A stretch of 64,000 nt of DNA. Origin: Chrysomallon squamiferum. Lineage: Eukaryota > Animalia > Mollusca. A program made the translations under genes and the position numbers. Every line of letters starts with the position of its first letter. Within the stretch, counting starts at the first letter, position 1. Under the pieces are notes generated by a model. It saw nothing but the letters and a program-made list of their open reading frames with translations, was not told where the DNA came from and did no database searches. Positions 1 to 15,000 of the stretch are shown here, in pieces. Location: positions 868,001 to 932,000 of the forward strand of contig CM022671.1 of NCBI GenBank assembly GCA_012295275.1. Direction: 5' to 3'.

Positions 1-3000
1 CATTGGCCATGACAGACACATTGTTGTCATCTTCAGAATAGTAAACCAGAGTTACGTCTGCACCACTAATTACTGGTGGAGTGTGATCAACAGTTAAAGA
101 GTTTGACTGGAACACAGAAACTAAACCTGCAGCATTTTCAGCTGTCACTGTAACAAAGACTGGCATGCCGTGAGGAACATCAGTTTCCACAAACTCGTGG
201 AGATGAAGCAATGTTGGTTTAAGAGGTTGTATTTGAAACCCTCCTTTGGTTGTTCCAACACCTATTTTAACTCGAATGAGGTCAGATTCTGGATCATATA
301 CTCTAGCAGAGACTGACAGAAGAGATGGTGTTATCTGTTCAACCGTCAAAGCTTTAGAGCCACCAGTTTGTTTTATTTCTTCACACAGAAACACAGACAC
401 ATCTTCTTGTAATATGAAGCCAGTCATTTCTGTCTGAATCTCAATATCATGGCTTCCAGATTTTGGTAAAAGAAAGTTGTGGTGGGCTTCGATTTTTGTT
501 GAATTTTCAGTAAGCACAAATGATTTTGGAACTACTTCATCATCAACTGAAAACAAAATGTTCATTTCAGGAAAGATTTGTTCATCCTGAAGTGGTTTGA
601 TGATACTTATTTTCAAATAGGCATTTTCTTCTACGTCAACAGTTGCTTTCAGGCTCTTTGTTTTATTTGTTTGGTTGGATGTCAGGTCGGCATTCCAGGT
701 AACATTCAAGCTTATGTCTGAAAAATTAGAACATACAAATCCAACAGGTGGTGTAGAATCAACTAAAATGGGAGAGGTTTTCACTGTTGTACTGCGATGT
801 CCAGCAGAATCAACTGCTGTCACTGATGCTTCATAACGTTCACCTTGAACTAGAGAGAGATTGTGGAGAACTATTCTGTTTTTAAATCCTGCATTCACTT
901 TGACAAGTTCTGAATGTCTGTCTGTTGTTTTATAAACTGTTACTTGATAGTTAACAACAGCTGAATGAAGATCCTGAAAACCACGCCATGAAACTCCAAG
1001 TGATGTCAGAGATGACTGTACAACGTGGTTGACGTGTTCTGCTGTATTGAAGACTACACCAGCAAGAGGAGCTTCATCATCTACGACAAAACCATCAGAA
1101 AATGTCACAGTAGACAGACCTGCTTTATTTGTGGCTTTTATTGTTGTATAATATTTGGTTCCTGCTTTAAGAAGGTTTTGAGAAACTGAATAATTTGTAG
1201 CCTTTCCAACATCCAATGGTTTTAAAATGTCAGATCCTGCAAAAAGGAAAAGCAGAAATAAAACATTTGTAGCACTGAAAATTCTTATATAATTGTTTTG
1301 CACAAAAAAACAACAACATTAATAAAACTAAAATTTATAATTGCGATTATTGGATTTCTTTTTAACCTTGTTCCAAATATGTTTTATATAACAATATGTT
1401 TGTTATATCAATAGGTTGCAAAGCCATAAAGATTGCTACTTATTTAACAACAGGAACAAGATATTTTAAAGTAATCATACCATAGGGACAAGTGCCAATT
1501 TGAATGATGTAAGATACAATTCCACTTTGAGGATCATTGAACACACCAACCCAGCATGACATCAGACTGCTGCTCCTGGTTATAAAATCAAAGTCTGTTT
1601 CACATTTGTCAGCAGAATCTTTCACAATTTTACCTCGTCTTATTCGTGGTGGTGTTGAGTCAACTAAAACAGGTGGAGACTGAAACTGTTTGAACTGTGT
1701 AAAAGAATACCAGACTCTGACATACACAACATATTCCTGTCCATTCGTCAGTGATGTATTTGATGGCAAACAGTAGGTGACATTCTGCTGCATTCCTGTT
1801 CTGTGCCAAACTGGATCTGATTTCAAACTTGAATAAGGGATAACCCACTTTCTGTCCTCTCAGTCCAATACTCCACTGAAATCTTCTGATGTTGTGAAGA
1901 GAATTTGCTTGAACAAGATCCCATTTAGCTGTCAAACAAGATGTGGATGAATAATAATATCTATTCTCATCTGAATTCAAATCACAGCTGATTCTTATTT
2001 CAGGAAATTTAGTAATGTTTGTTACATTTGTTATATTGATGCATGATGTAGTTACCTTTGATGAGTCACATGCTCTACCCACAATGCCACAGGTGCAGTC
2101 TCTTGTACAGTAATGGATATCACAGGAATGTCGCTGGACTTGCAAATAACCTTTGTGTGCTGTTTTATCTGATTCAGTAACTGTGACAGTTAATTTACTA
2201 AATTCTGTTATTAAACCAACTCTGTTTTCTGCTTGGATAGACAAAATGATATTTTCACCATTGTGCAACTGGTCAGAAAGCAAAACAGTTTCTGACTGAT
2301 CATCAGAATTATTGGATGGAAGAAAATATTTGATTCCTTCTGAAAGTTCAAACCCATCATAAAACCTGCTGATCATGAGATGATATCCAGCAAGTTGTGA
2401 TTCTGCATCTGAAAAACCGTACCATGTTAATTTGACAATGGCCAGTGTCTTGTTCCCATGTTGTGCTCTTTCCCATGTCATTGGAATCTTGAATCCACCA
2501 AGTTGTGGTGGTGTGGAATCTATTAACAAATCTTTGCTGTGGGCTGAGGCACACAAACCAGCTTGGTTGCAAGCTGTCACTGACAAATAATACACATCTC
2601 CATTTCTCAATCTGTTGTCTTTGTTGAATGTTAGTATCTGTGATGTCTCTGCACCTATTTCTTTTCTTTCTAATGAAACATTGCCCTCGTGGTGTGTCTT
2701 TAATGTAAGAATGTGTTTAACAACTGGACTTTCATGATCCTCAAATTTCCAAGACATGTGCAACAATGAGATGTCTGTTTGTATTGATATTTTTTCTTTC
2801 TTGTATGAATTTGGATCTAAGAAATGAGGTTGTTCCAGAACTCGAGGTGTGGAGTCATCTACAGTAAAGGCATCAGATGTTGATACTGAATATAATCCAA
2901 CATTATTTGTGGTTTGTACAGTGATGTACATTGGAATACAAACGGGTAAATGAAGATCAGATTTTAAAAAGAAATCTGTCAGTTGCACATCTTCATATGA

Positions 3001-6000
3001 TGTTACATTACACTGATATGGCTGATAGCCAAGACACCATTCAAACTTTTTAATGTCAGATTCTGGATCTTCAAATCCAAGCCAATGTGCAGACAGTGAA
3101 GTCCTAGAAGAAAAAATGACACAGTAATAATAAAGAGAATCTAGAAACATAAATATGTACTTGTGTTATTCATATTATTTTACTGATAGTAACAAAACTT
3201 AAAACCTTAAAAAGAAGTGTTAAATTATAAAAATTATATTTTTGAAATATAAACAAAAGTTTCTAAAAATTATCTTACACATGGCCATTGTATTTTTCAT
3301 GATGTGCTTTGTTTCCTGCATAAACGTGTCCAACCAATGGTGGACTGTTATCTGTGATCAGCCCATCAGAAGATGAGATGGTACAAAGTCCAGCTTTGTT
3401 ACAAGCTTCCACTACTGCAAAATACTTCCTTCCTGGGATCAATGGCCTGATCCATGTGAAACCTGGATGTGTAAAATACATACACTGTTACTGCCATTAC
3501 TACAACCACTACAACATCTACAGGTGTTACAATTACTACTACTGCTTCTAGTTATAGTATTAGTATTTTTATAATTCTATGTACACTATTATTGTTATGT
3601 TTGTTGTCTATTTTAATTACTGTAACATAATTACTCTGAACTAAAAATCATAAATTTAAATTAAATTGTAATGACAGGAACACATACTTCTGCGCAGACC
3701 AACAGAAACCAAAGCTTCAACATTGGCATCATGTTTCTGAAAGCCAAGTCCTACTTTGTAGTTGATAACACCTGAATGAATGTCCTTGAACCCTGACCAG
3801 CTACAGTGATAGGTTGTTGTATTCACCTGGTAGTCAACATCCTGAAACCAAACAAGACAGGACTGCAAATCATATTTTCTTTTTCCTTAATTCACCAATG
3901 TTATTAAATAATATGCTTGTGTTTAACTCAATAATTAAAATATATATAGTTACTAGAAATAATGTATGATAAATATAAAACAAATGTAATCTGATTTGTT
4001 TGAAATAAATAAAAGAAATTATAATTTTATTATATCAGATAAAATAAAAATTTGGTGATATCAGAAACACACTGTAAATATTTATCACCTTTCCGTCTTC
4101 TTGGCCATCTGTAACAACTCCAGGATCAGGTGGAGATGTATCAAAAAGAAATGGTGCTGTATGCTGTATTGTTGATAATCCTGCTTTGTTGGTCACCTGA
4201 AAATAATAATTAAAAAACAAAGAAATCAAATAGATCAGTCTTGAATTCACTTGTCTACACTGAATAAAGTGAACTGACAGGGTTTATATTTCATATAGTT
4301 ATAGTTGATCTGTAAATATTATGCTTGTGTTTAACTCAATAATTAAAACAGAAACAATTATTCTTTTGACATGTAGTGATACAAGATAAAATATTAAAAA
4401 TGATAAATTGTACATTCTGTACTGAAAATCTGAAATAATTAAAGCTCATTCTGACAAACAGATTCTTGCATGAACATAATTAGTAAATTACTTCATAGCC
4501 AACCTCAAACCTAATTCTGTACCAGCGTCCATCCACCAATCCTTCTGCCTTGAATTCAGCGAAATTATCTGTGTATTTCTTCACAATGAGGAAACTGTAT
4601 TTATGATTAAGTGACTGAACAGCCAGCCTGACTGTAGATAAGCCACTCTGAGAATCTTCAAAACCATGCCAGTGTATTTTAAGTTTCCGTTTTGTAAGAA
4701 CATGCTGACCAATTCGAAGACCTTCTATTGTGAGATCTCCACGTTTGGGTGGTGTTGTATCCAGCACTGTTCCCTTGGAAACAGCTGTAGTCACATGTCC
4801 CAGATAATCATAAGCTGTCCAACATAAATTACTTTAATTAAAGAATTTAATATTTGTGTAACAATTTAAATCAAAATGTTTACAAAATTGTAATATTCAT
4901 CATAATGTTACTTTTACATATTAATTTTATACATTTAAATTTAAATTAAGAACAAATATATATAAAATAAAGTTTGTCATACATTTTTAACTGTATTTTA
5001 GATTTTTCTAATTAAAAAATGGTAATGTGATATAATGTTTTTTTTAATTAATATAATTGTTTTTAATAATTTTTTAATTTTTTATTATTATTATTATTTT
5101 CTCAAAGAAACATGGTTATATTTCACTTGTGATTATTTTAAGTAACCAACCTTTAACAGTGGCATAAAAGGTTTGTCCATTATTAAGTGTAAGATTCCAC
5201 ATGGAGCCACTAGTTGCCATGCCAACACTATGGAAAGGAATGACATCTCCAGAGTTTGGGACACTTCCTGTGGATGTGAGATTTTAAATATGACAAAAAA
5301 TAATTTCTTTTTGAAAACAAAACCTCAAGCAGCATTGAGTAGAGATATTCAGGCATGTTACAATTCATACAATCATATAAACAAAAAATAATAAATACCA
5401 GAAACTGCAAATGAGATAAAACTTGTAAACAAAACACAATAAAATATATTACAGAAATAGCTCCACTACATATTAAATTTTAATTAGAAATTAATTAGAA
5501 ATAAGCTTAAAATAAAAAATAAATATGTCTTACCAAGACCTAAAGCATAACCTGCAATACCAGATTCTGATGGTATTTTAACATATTTCTCAATATCAGA
5601 GAAACCATTCCATGCAACAGTCAGTGTAGTTTTATCAGTTATAAAACCATTGCTTTGTCCAGAAACAACAACATTTCCTGGTTCTGGTGGATCATCGTCT
5701 ACAACAAAACCATTGCTGCATCCAGAAAATGATTCCAGGTTTTCTGTGGAAAATTCTCTGTTGACCACTGATGATTTGACTTGACCACAAATAAAATGTA
5801 GTTTACGATTTTGTAAATATACTTTTCTGAAGCTGACCACACCACCAACAGTTTGAACAGTAGAGATGCATCTACTGTCAGCAGAGCAGTCATCAGGAAT
5901 TGTTTTGTTTGTCATCAAGTACCAAGTCACATTTCTGTTGGCAGTATTTGTGAGAACTCCCCCAATCAGAGTGTCTGTAGTTACAAAATTGACTTCCTTT

Positions 6001-9000
6001 GTGTGTAAGAATTCCAGACTTGCTGAGTCAAGATGTTGACTTTTAATCAGATTTGAAGCTTTTTCAGTATCAACATCATTTGTATTGACATCATATATGA
6101 CGTGATTCTCATAGTCATGAATGTTTTGGGCTAAAGTAACTGACTGACAAACTGTATCAGAAAAGGAAGATGAACAGATAACTTTTGAACACAAAAACAT
6201 TTGTTGGTAACCATGGACAAACATAGGAATGCAAGTTTTGTACTGAAAATGGAAGTCATGATAAAAAATGATTAAAGATTTAAGAATATGAATGTTATAC
6301 ACATTAAATGTCAAAAACAAATCTGTAATCAAAATAACATTATAGACAGAAATATGAGACTAATGCTGTGTTATTACAATAACTTACAGTAAAATATTTC
6401 CATTTAAAAAATCTGGTGATGATAAAAATTTAAAATACTATGAATACAAAATCATTAAGATGAACATGCATATGGAACAAAACACTTGTTCTAAAAATTT
6501 GCCAACAATCTCACCATCACTGCAGTTTGTAGAAACCCTTGTTCTGTGTTAACTGGTGTTACTGGATTCTGTCCACTTTGCTGTTTGGCAATGTACCACT
6601 GTAATATTCCCAAAGTATCATTAGCTTGACATACAGCATCAACCTTTACAGACACTTGTGTACAGCTTGCAGTCTCAGCCAGTATTGATGCATCAACATC
6701 AACAATCCTTGGTTTCTTCACAACAAAAACTCCATTTGATGATTTTCTGTTAAGACAGGTTTTTTCAAAACAAGGTTGAATGTTGGCCTTTATCAAAGTG
6801 TTTTGAGGTAAAGAGAGTGTGTTCCACATGTAATTTCTTCTTGTAGCATGGACTACTGTACTGACTATTTCACTAGTACAGTTATCCGAGGTATTTCTGC
6901 ATGCGATTTCATCAAGAGATATTACAAAATGAGTTATATATGTTTCCAGTAAACCTTTTACATCCCAGTGCATTGAATACTGAAAATCAGAAGCCTGAAA
7001 GTCAATGTCATTTACACACTGCTTCACAAAGCCTTCAATGGAAACTGTATTAGAGACTGGAGGTTGTAACAAGAATTCTGCATCTGATTCAGTTGGTAGA
7101 AATGATAATGAGTGAGTGTCAGTGACATCATTTCTTAAAATGACTGCACTGTGTGATGAAACTGCGGATTTAACAAGATGAGGCCAGCCTTTGTTTAGAA
7201 ACAATGTGTGTTCCATTCCAACAACAAGCTGAGTCAGTTTAAAACCATACAGTTTGTTGTCTTTTATTAGAGGAAAGAGCTGTTCATTTGCTTTGGTATC
7301 ATTGTTACATCCTTGTCCATCATATACATCAATAAGATAATCTTCATCTTTGTCAGCTATGATCATAAAACCATCAGATGAAGATATAATTGTTCCTCCA
7401 GAACTTTGAGCTTTGATGGAAGCATAATATTTCTTGTTTGTTTTCAGTCCAGTGGAACTTACGCAAACAGGATTTTGATTTGTCTTGATGAAATGAAAGA
7501 CATCATCTTGGTAAGGCTGTTTTCCTATTCCAACATAAAAAGTAACATTCTGATGATGGAAGAAACCTTCCCAGGACAAACACGACTGGTGAAAAGCTGT
7601 ATGAAAATCAACATCAATTAGTGTGTCTGGATTCTGAGGATCCACATCAAAGATTGTAGCATTTCCAGGTGGAAGCCTGGAAGGAAGTTTAATGGTTTCT
7701 GTTTTCACCACTGTAAAGTGACCAGCAGTGTTGTAGACATAAAGTTCAAAATAAAAAGGAAGATTTTGTGTCATGTCATCTTTGTGCAGTTTCTTTAGTG
7801 GATATTCAACACATCCAGCAAATCCATCCATTTGACATTTCTGTAAAACATGTCTTGGTGTTTGGAGAATGGGAGTGAGGTATTCATCATTTACACCTAG
7901 AAATAAATTAAATATTACAGTATTTACCAATAGTAGTAGAAAATTCATACTGGCTTTATGAAGTATAAATAGTAAATATGTGGACAAAATTCACTGTATT
8001 AAATATATTGGATCAAGAAACCTTTTAATAAACGCTTCTGTGTATTCTAAACAGGTTTATTTAACTTTAATCAGAATAGCTCTACGAACAAATATAAAAG
8101 AATCTAAGTTCACTAAATAGGAAAATTATGATAGATCAACTATAAGCACTTCATTATATGAAATTGTTTCTTATTACAAAACCAGAAACTTTAACATACC
8201 AATTCTGAAGAGCACTGTAAAGTTGTTGCCAGTTTCTTCATGATCTTTAATGCTGCTGTTTGTCCAGGTAACTATCATCTTGTTATTTCTTACTGTGGGC
8301 TGCAACTTTTCTGTTATTTGTGGTGGTGTTTCATCTATCATGACAGGTCCAAGTACAACATCTGATGTCAAACCAGCTTTGTTTACAATCCTCATGAAGA
8401 TGTAAAATAAAGAAGTTGTTGTAAAACCAGAATGCAGAAGATGAAAAAATTCTTTTCCATGTGTTGATTGATAAGATCTTACTGAAGGAGCATTGACCTG
8501 AGACTTGTCATCACCAACACCAACAAGATAATCTCTGATCTGACTTTGTGACTCGTTAGTCTTCCACTGCAGGTAAATTTTGTCTGAAGGAAGATAAATA
8601 ACAGACTCGTTATTCAGTACTGATAAAGTGGAACACAAGTTTTCTGAAGTGTCATTGTCTTTTATAACAGCTTCTGTAGGCAAAGCATTGATGTAACCAA
8701 GACTTTCCTGGTTTCTGCATTTTTTCTGACAAGAAGGCATCTGCTGTAATTCTCTTAAAGTCATATTTTTATCAACATACAAAGCTCTACCATCTCTACA
8801 CCAGAGACCTCTGTGTATGTGTCCATTCTTCATCTGAATGTCTCTTATCAAAGGAGCTGTGGTATCTTTTGTGATTCCATCAGAGCAGACAACATTGGAG
8901 GGTTCCATGGCATTGTTATATGCAACAACAGAAGAGAAAAACAGTCCACTATCTGGAAATTTTATTTTAATCTGTGGATCAAATGTCTTGTAGATGGTAG

Positions 9001-12000
9001 ATGTGTTAGTATCATATTTTGTAAATTCTTCAAAAGTCAGACATTGTTTTGCTAGAGCCACAAGATAAAATCTGATTCCACTTTCATGATCGATGAAGCC
9101 GTGCATGTTGATGTTGATGTAGTCTTCACTTGTGTAATCAATGTCTGGTCCGTCTGGTGAACCTTCACGTACAACACCTGCAACAGGTGGTGATGCATCT
9201 ATGAGGATGTCTAGATGATACACAGACTTCAACATGGCCTCATTAGTTGCTGTCAGTGTGAAGTAATATTCCCTGTTGTGTTTTCCTGTGTTTGTGTTTT
9301 TCTCGATCAAACTGTTCAGTTTTACAGTGTAGTTGAAATAGGCACATGGACCAATTGATGGACAGTAGCAGTGCTGATCTGATTTGCATTTATTCTGAAA
9401 AAAAACAAAAAAATAATATACCCAAAAGAAAATTTTATTAAAGCAGAAAAAGAGAGAGGATTTAAAATAATATTTACTTCATAAGATAAACCAGATGAAT
9501 TTATCAAATAATTTCATGTACTATTTATATTAGAGCATATCTGCTAGAATTTTGATAAAAAGAAAATGTATTCTGACAGTTTTATTGTTATATTTATATA
9601 CATCGTCAAACTTACTTTAGGTACATCTTTAATAACAGGCAATGCTCCTTGTCCAATTTCAGTTTTGTTCTGTTGAGTTCCCAGAAACCATTCTATTGTT
9701 CTGATACCACTGTGTGGATCTTTAGCTTCAAACTGCAGCAACATATGTGACAGGTCTGTACTGTGGTGGACATACAACCCATTGTTACCTTTCCGTACAA
9801 GCCACATGTTTTTAACATCAGGAACTGTTCTGTCTATGTGCACTGTCACATTTTCACTCAGTCTGTTTTCCATGACATCTTCAGCTGTGATGATAAACGT
9901 GTATGTGTCACCATCTGACAAACTCAGATTCAAACAGACTGATTCATCCTCAAAGTCAGTCACATACTTCTGTGGAGAGAATGGACCATGGTTTAAGGAA
10001 TAGGAATATAAGAATCGTGTCAAACCATGTATATTCCTGGTTCCATTTACAGGAAGTTTGCCAGTAAGTTGATCATACACTCCAGTGATTGCATTGTTGA
10101 CATCAGGTCTGATAGGAGCTAACAAATTGTTTTTAATGTAGTAAGAATTATAATATCTGTTTTTCCACTTCACACAAACTGATCTGTGATTCACCTGCCA
10201 TTTGTAGTTTGTCACTTTAGATGATGATGACACAAGTAGAGGATTTCTTGTGTTAATTTTAATAGTTGAGTTTTCATCAAACAGAACAAATCGTCTGGCA
10301 AATTTCACATTGCCAGCATTGTCATGAACTTCAAGCATGACACAGAATAAAGCAGGAGATTTTGGAAGAACAAAAGATACATTAATAGATTTTGGGTAAT
10401 AAACTTCTTTTTTTTCAGTGGTGGGTTTAAACTTTNNNNNNNNNNNNNNNNNNNNNNNNNNNNNNNNNNNNNNNNNNNNNNNNNNNNNNNNNNNNNNNNN
10501 NNNNNNNNNNNNNNNNNNNNNNNNNNNNNNNNNNNNNNNNNNNNNNNNNNNNNNNNNNNNNNNNNNNNNNNNNNNNNNNNNNNNNNNNNNNNNNNNNNNN
10601 NNNNNNNNNNNNNNNNNNNNNNNNNNNNNNNNNNNCTTTAATGCTGCTGTTTGTCCACGTAACTATCATCTTGTTATTTCTTACTGTGGGCTGCAACTTT
10701 TCTGTTATTTGTGGTGGTGTTTCATCTATCATGACAGGTCCAAGTACAACATCTGATGTTAAACCAGCTTTGTTAACAATCCTCATGAAGATGTAAAATA
10801 AAGAAGTTGTTGTAAAACCAGAATGCAGAAGATGAAAAAATTCTTTTCCATGTGTTGATTGATAAGATCTCACTGAAGGAGCATTGACCTGAGACTTGTC
10901 ATCACCAACACCGACAAGATAATCTCTGATCTGACTTTGTGACTCGTTAGTCTTCCACTGCAGGTAAATTTTGTCTGAAGGAAGATAAATAACAGACTCG
11001 TTATTCAGTACTGATAAAGTGGAACACAAGCTTTCTGAAGTGTCATTGTCTTTTATTAGAGTTTCTGTAGGTAAAGCCTTGATGTATCCAAGGCTTTCCT
11101 GATTTCTGCATTTTTTCTGACAAGAAGGCATCTGCTGTAGTTCTATTAAAGTCATATTTGTATCAACATACAAAGCTCTACCATCTCTACACCACAGACC
11201 TCTGTGTATGTGTCCATTCTTCATCTGAATGTCTCTTATCAAAGGAGCTGTGGTATCTTTTGTGATTCCATCAGAGCAGACAACATTGGAGGGTTCCATG
11301 GCATTGTTATATGCTACTACAGAAGAGAAAAACAGTCCACTATCTGGAAATTTTATTTTAATCTGTGGATCAAATGTCTTGTAGATGGTAGATGTGTTAG
11401 TATCATATTTTGTAAGTTCTTCTAATGTCAGACATTGCTTTGCTAAAGCCACAAGATAAAATCTGATTCCACTTTCATGATCGATGAAGCCGTGCATGTT
11501 GATGTTGATGTAGTCTTCACTTGTGTAATCAATGTCTGGTCCGTCTGGTGAACCTTCACGTACAACACCTGCAACAGGTGGTGATGCATCTACGAGGATG
11601 TCTAGATGATACACAGACTTCAACATGGCCTCATTAGTTGCTATCAGTGTGAAGTAATATTCCCTGTTGTGTTTTCCTGTGTTTGTGTTTTTCTCGATCA
11701 AACTGTTCAGTTTTACAGTATAGTTGAAATAGGCACATGGACCAATTGATGGACAGTAGCAGTGCTGATCTGATTTGCATTTATTCTGAAAAAAAACATA
11801 AAATAATAATATACCCAAGTGAAAATTTCATTAAAGCAGAAACAGAGAGAGGATTTAAAATAATATTTACTTCATAAGCTAAACCAGATGAATTTATCAA
11901 ATAATTTCATGTACTATTTATATTAGAGCATATCTGCTAGAATTTTGATTAAAAAAAATGTATTCTGACAGTTTTATTGTTATATTTATATAAATCGTCA

Positions 12001-15000
12001 AACTTACTTTAGGTACATCTTTAATAACAGGCAATGCTCCTTGTCCAATTTCAGTTTTGTTTTTCTGAGTTCCCAGAAACCATTCTATTGTTCTGATACC
12101 ACTGTGTGGATCTTTAGCTTCAAACTGCAGCAACATATGTGACAGGTCTGTACTGGGGTGGACATACAACCCATTGTTACCTTTCCTGACAAGCCACATG
12201 TTTTTAACATCAGGAACTGTTCTGTCTATGTGCACTGTCACATTTTCTCTCAGTCTGTTTTCCATGACATCTTCAGCTGTGATGATAAAAGTGTATGTGT
12301 CACCATCTGACATACTCAGATTCAAACAGACTGATTCATTCTCAAAGTCACTCACATACTTCTGAGCAGAGAATGGACCATGGTTTAAGGAATAGGAATA
12401 TGAGAATCTTGTCAAACCATGTAGATTCCTGGTTCCATTTACAGGAAGTTTGCCAGTAAGTTGATCATACACTCCAGTGATTGCATTGTTGACATCAGAT
12501 CTGATAGGAGCTAACAAATTGTTTTTCATGTAGTAAGAATTATAATATCTGTTTTTCCACTTCACACAAACTGATCTGTGATTCACCTGCCATTTGTAGT
12601 TTGTCACTTTAGATGATGTTGACACAAGTAGAGGATTTCTTGTGTTAATTTTAATAGTTGAGTTATTATCAAACAGAACAAATCGTCTGGCAAATCTCAC
12701 ATTGCCAGCATTGTCATGAACTTCAAGCATGACACAGTATAAAGCAGGAGATTTTGGAAGAAGAAAAGTTACATTCTTCTTTAAGTTTCCAAATACATTT
12801 TTAAGAGGAGGATTCAGACTTCCTTTGTCAACTTCTAACACTGATCCCATTTGTTTGATATCATGTATCTCTATAACAAACTTTTTAATACCAGATGCAT
12901 GTTTTGGTGAAGCACTTTTTGGCCAAGGATCTTTCCAACCATCTCCAAGTAAAACTGTGATGTTTCCTGTTCTAGTAATTCTTTTATCAAGCTCAATTAG
13001 TGTTTTGTTACATGGTGCAGTCTTATCAGATAAACAGTGTACTGGTTTCTTATTGTCATATTTAAGACACAAAGTCTTTGTCTTAGTCTGGGGAGTGAAT
13101 TCTTCAAATCCTTTTGAAGTCATTCCAAAATCAAAATACTGGAAGAAACCTCCTGATGATATTTCATACATGACACACAATCTGAAAACAAGTAGATTAA
13201 CTTCATCCTTCATTTTATGTTGTTGTTTATTTACTCATACACAATATTCATCTTTGCTAGAAAATATTTTTTTCTTAGTGTTATCATCTACATATCTGCT
13301 TCTACATTTGTTATCTCTTATTATAATTCAGTTTTACATTATACAGAAATGATTTAATATTTGTGATGGGTTTCAAACTAGCTGTAATCACTTACATCCT
13401 AATTATTATATTTTAAAGAAATATTATTTTCTATTTTAAATTTCATATCAGTGTATATAAAAGTTAGAAAGAGATTAAGATTTTTGATCATTACAAAATC
13501 AGAAAAGAAATTAGAACATATTATTACAAAATCTAAATATTTAAAAACAAGTGTTTTTACCTTTGTCCATTTTGTAAGCTCTGGTTTACATTCAAAGACA
13601 TGTGACAGTTCATGCTTTCAGAAGGTTTTCTGTTGTTTATTCTAACATTGCAGTTTCCACCTCCTTTCAGTGGTATCCTCTGTAACTGATGATGTTGACC
13701 TGAAATATTTGACATATCTAATATTTTTTAGATTATGTTTAAAAAATGGTAAATACCTATAAAATGAAATGAGCAATTCATTAAATTTCAGGACAAATAA
13801 TGGTAACTGAATGAACAATTGATATTTAGTAACATCTGAAATATTTTAATATTAACAATAACTCATAAATTCCTTGATTAACTCTGATTTGACAGATGCA
13901 GAATGACACTTGACTGGCTGTTTACTGATTTACATATCACAGACAGGAGAGCAGATACCATGACCTTTGACATTCATTTGCTGGAATGGAAAAGAGCCCC
14001 ACACTAAGTTGGACTGATTATCTAAAATATCATGTCTCTATCTATACTTTCATCTCAGAGTGGAATCTAATTAATTATGTGACTTACCATTAAGCAATTC
14101 CACAAACACTCTCACTGTTCCACTCACAATCCCAGTAATGGTTGATGTATCCTTGATGTAAACTGGAAATGGTTTACTTTGATTTATTTTGTTTATGAAG
14201 GTTGCATAAACAGTAAAATTGAGAAGCTTGTTGGGCTGAATGTTGGTGTAGGTGCTGCTTTCGTGTTCACAGTTGGTAATCTTTCCTGAAGTTGAATTCA
14301 CAGTCTGACCAGATTTGTCTTCCACTGACATTCTACATGTCATCAAATCTGGTAGTGCTGTCACTGAAATTATAGAAAAACATAAAGTGTCTTCACACTG
14401 GATTGTAATATACATTATATTAATAATTTATTAAACATATTACCTTTCCATAAAATTTGTGTTATTGTGATTGTCATTACAACATTTTCACATATAAAAA
14501 ATAAATAAATACATACAAGTAAATAAATGCATACATACATATATAACATATAAAGATTCATGGCAGTGTGTGTGTGTGTGTGTGTGTGAAGATTTTGTCA
14601 TGAACCATGAACTAAAGCAATGAAAAATATTTGATATTTAAACTAACAGTCACATTTGGTGAAAGCTGAAGTTTCCACTTTCCTGAAACCTTTACGACAT
14701 TTGCAAGATGAAGTTAACTGATTTGAACAGTCTCCAGGCCAACACCATCTTTTGTTCCAGGAACATGTGGCTATAAATCAGAGGAATAAAAAGTACATTA
14801 AAAAATAAATAAAGAAACAAACAACTTAAAACACACACACACACACACACACACATTTAAGTACGTCCATCCATCCATATATACCTATGTAGAAACAAAT
14901 ACACACAGAACCACACACACAAACACACACACACACCTAGATACATGTACACACACACACACACACAAACAAGGATATATACATGTGTACATCCATATAT

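Noticed and set aside
9385-9395. +1 frameshift at the start of the left exon-12 copy
   Set aside because: One extra T in a short run (4 vs 3 in the paralogs); probably the same error class as the ALG2 indel, so not called a pseudogene lesion.
12729-13352. 207-aa plus-strand ORF, its mirror at 31675-32229, and other antisense ORFs (246-437, 9782-10003, 59064-59255)
   Set aside because: Shadow ORFs opposite real exons; they recur only because the exons are duplicated.
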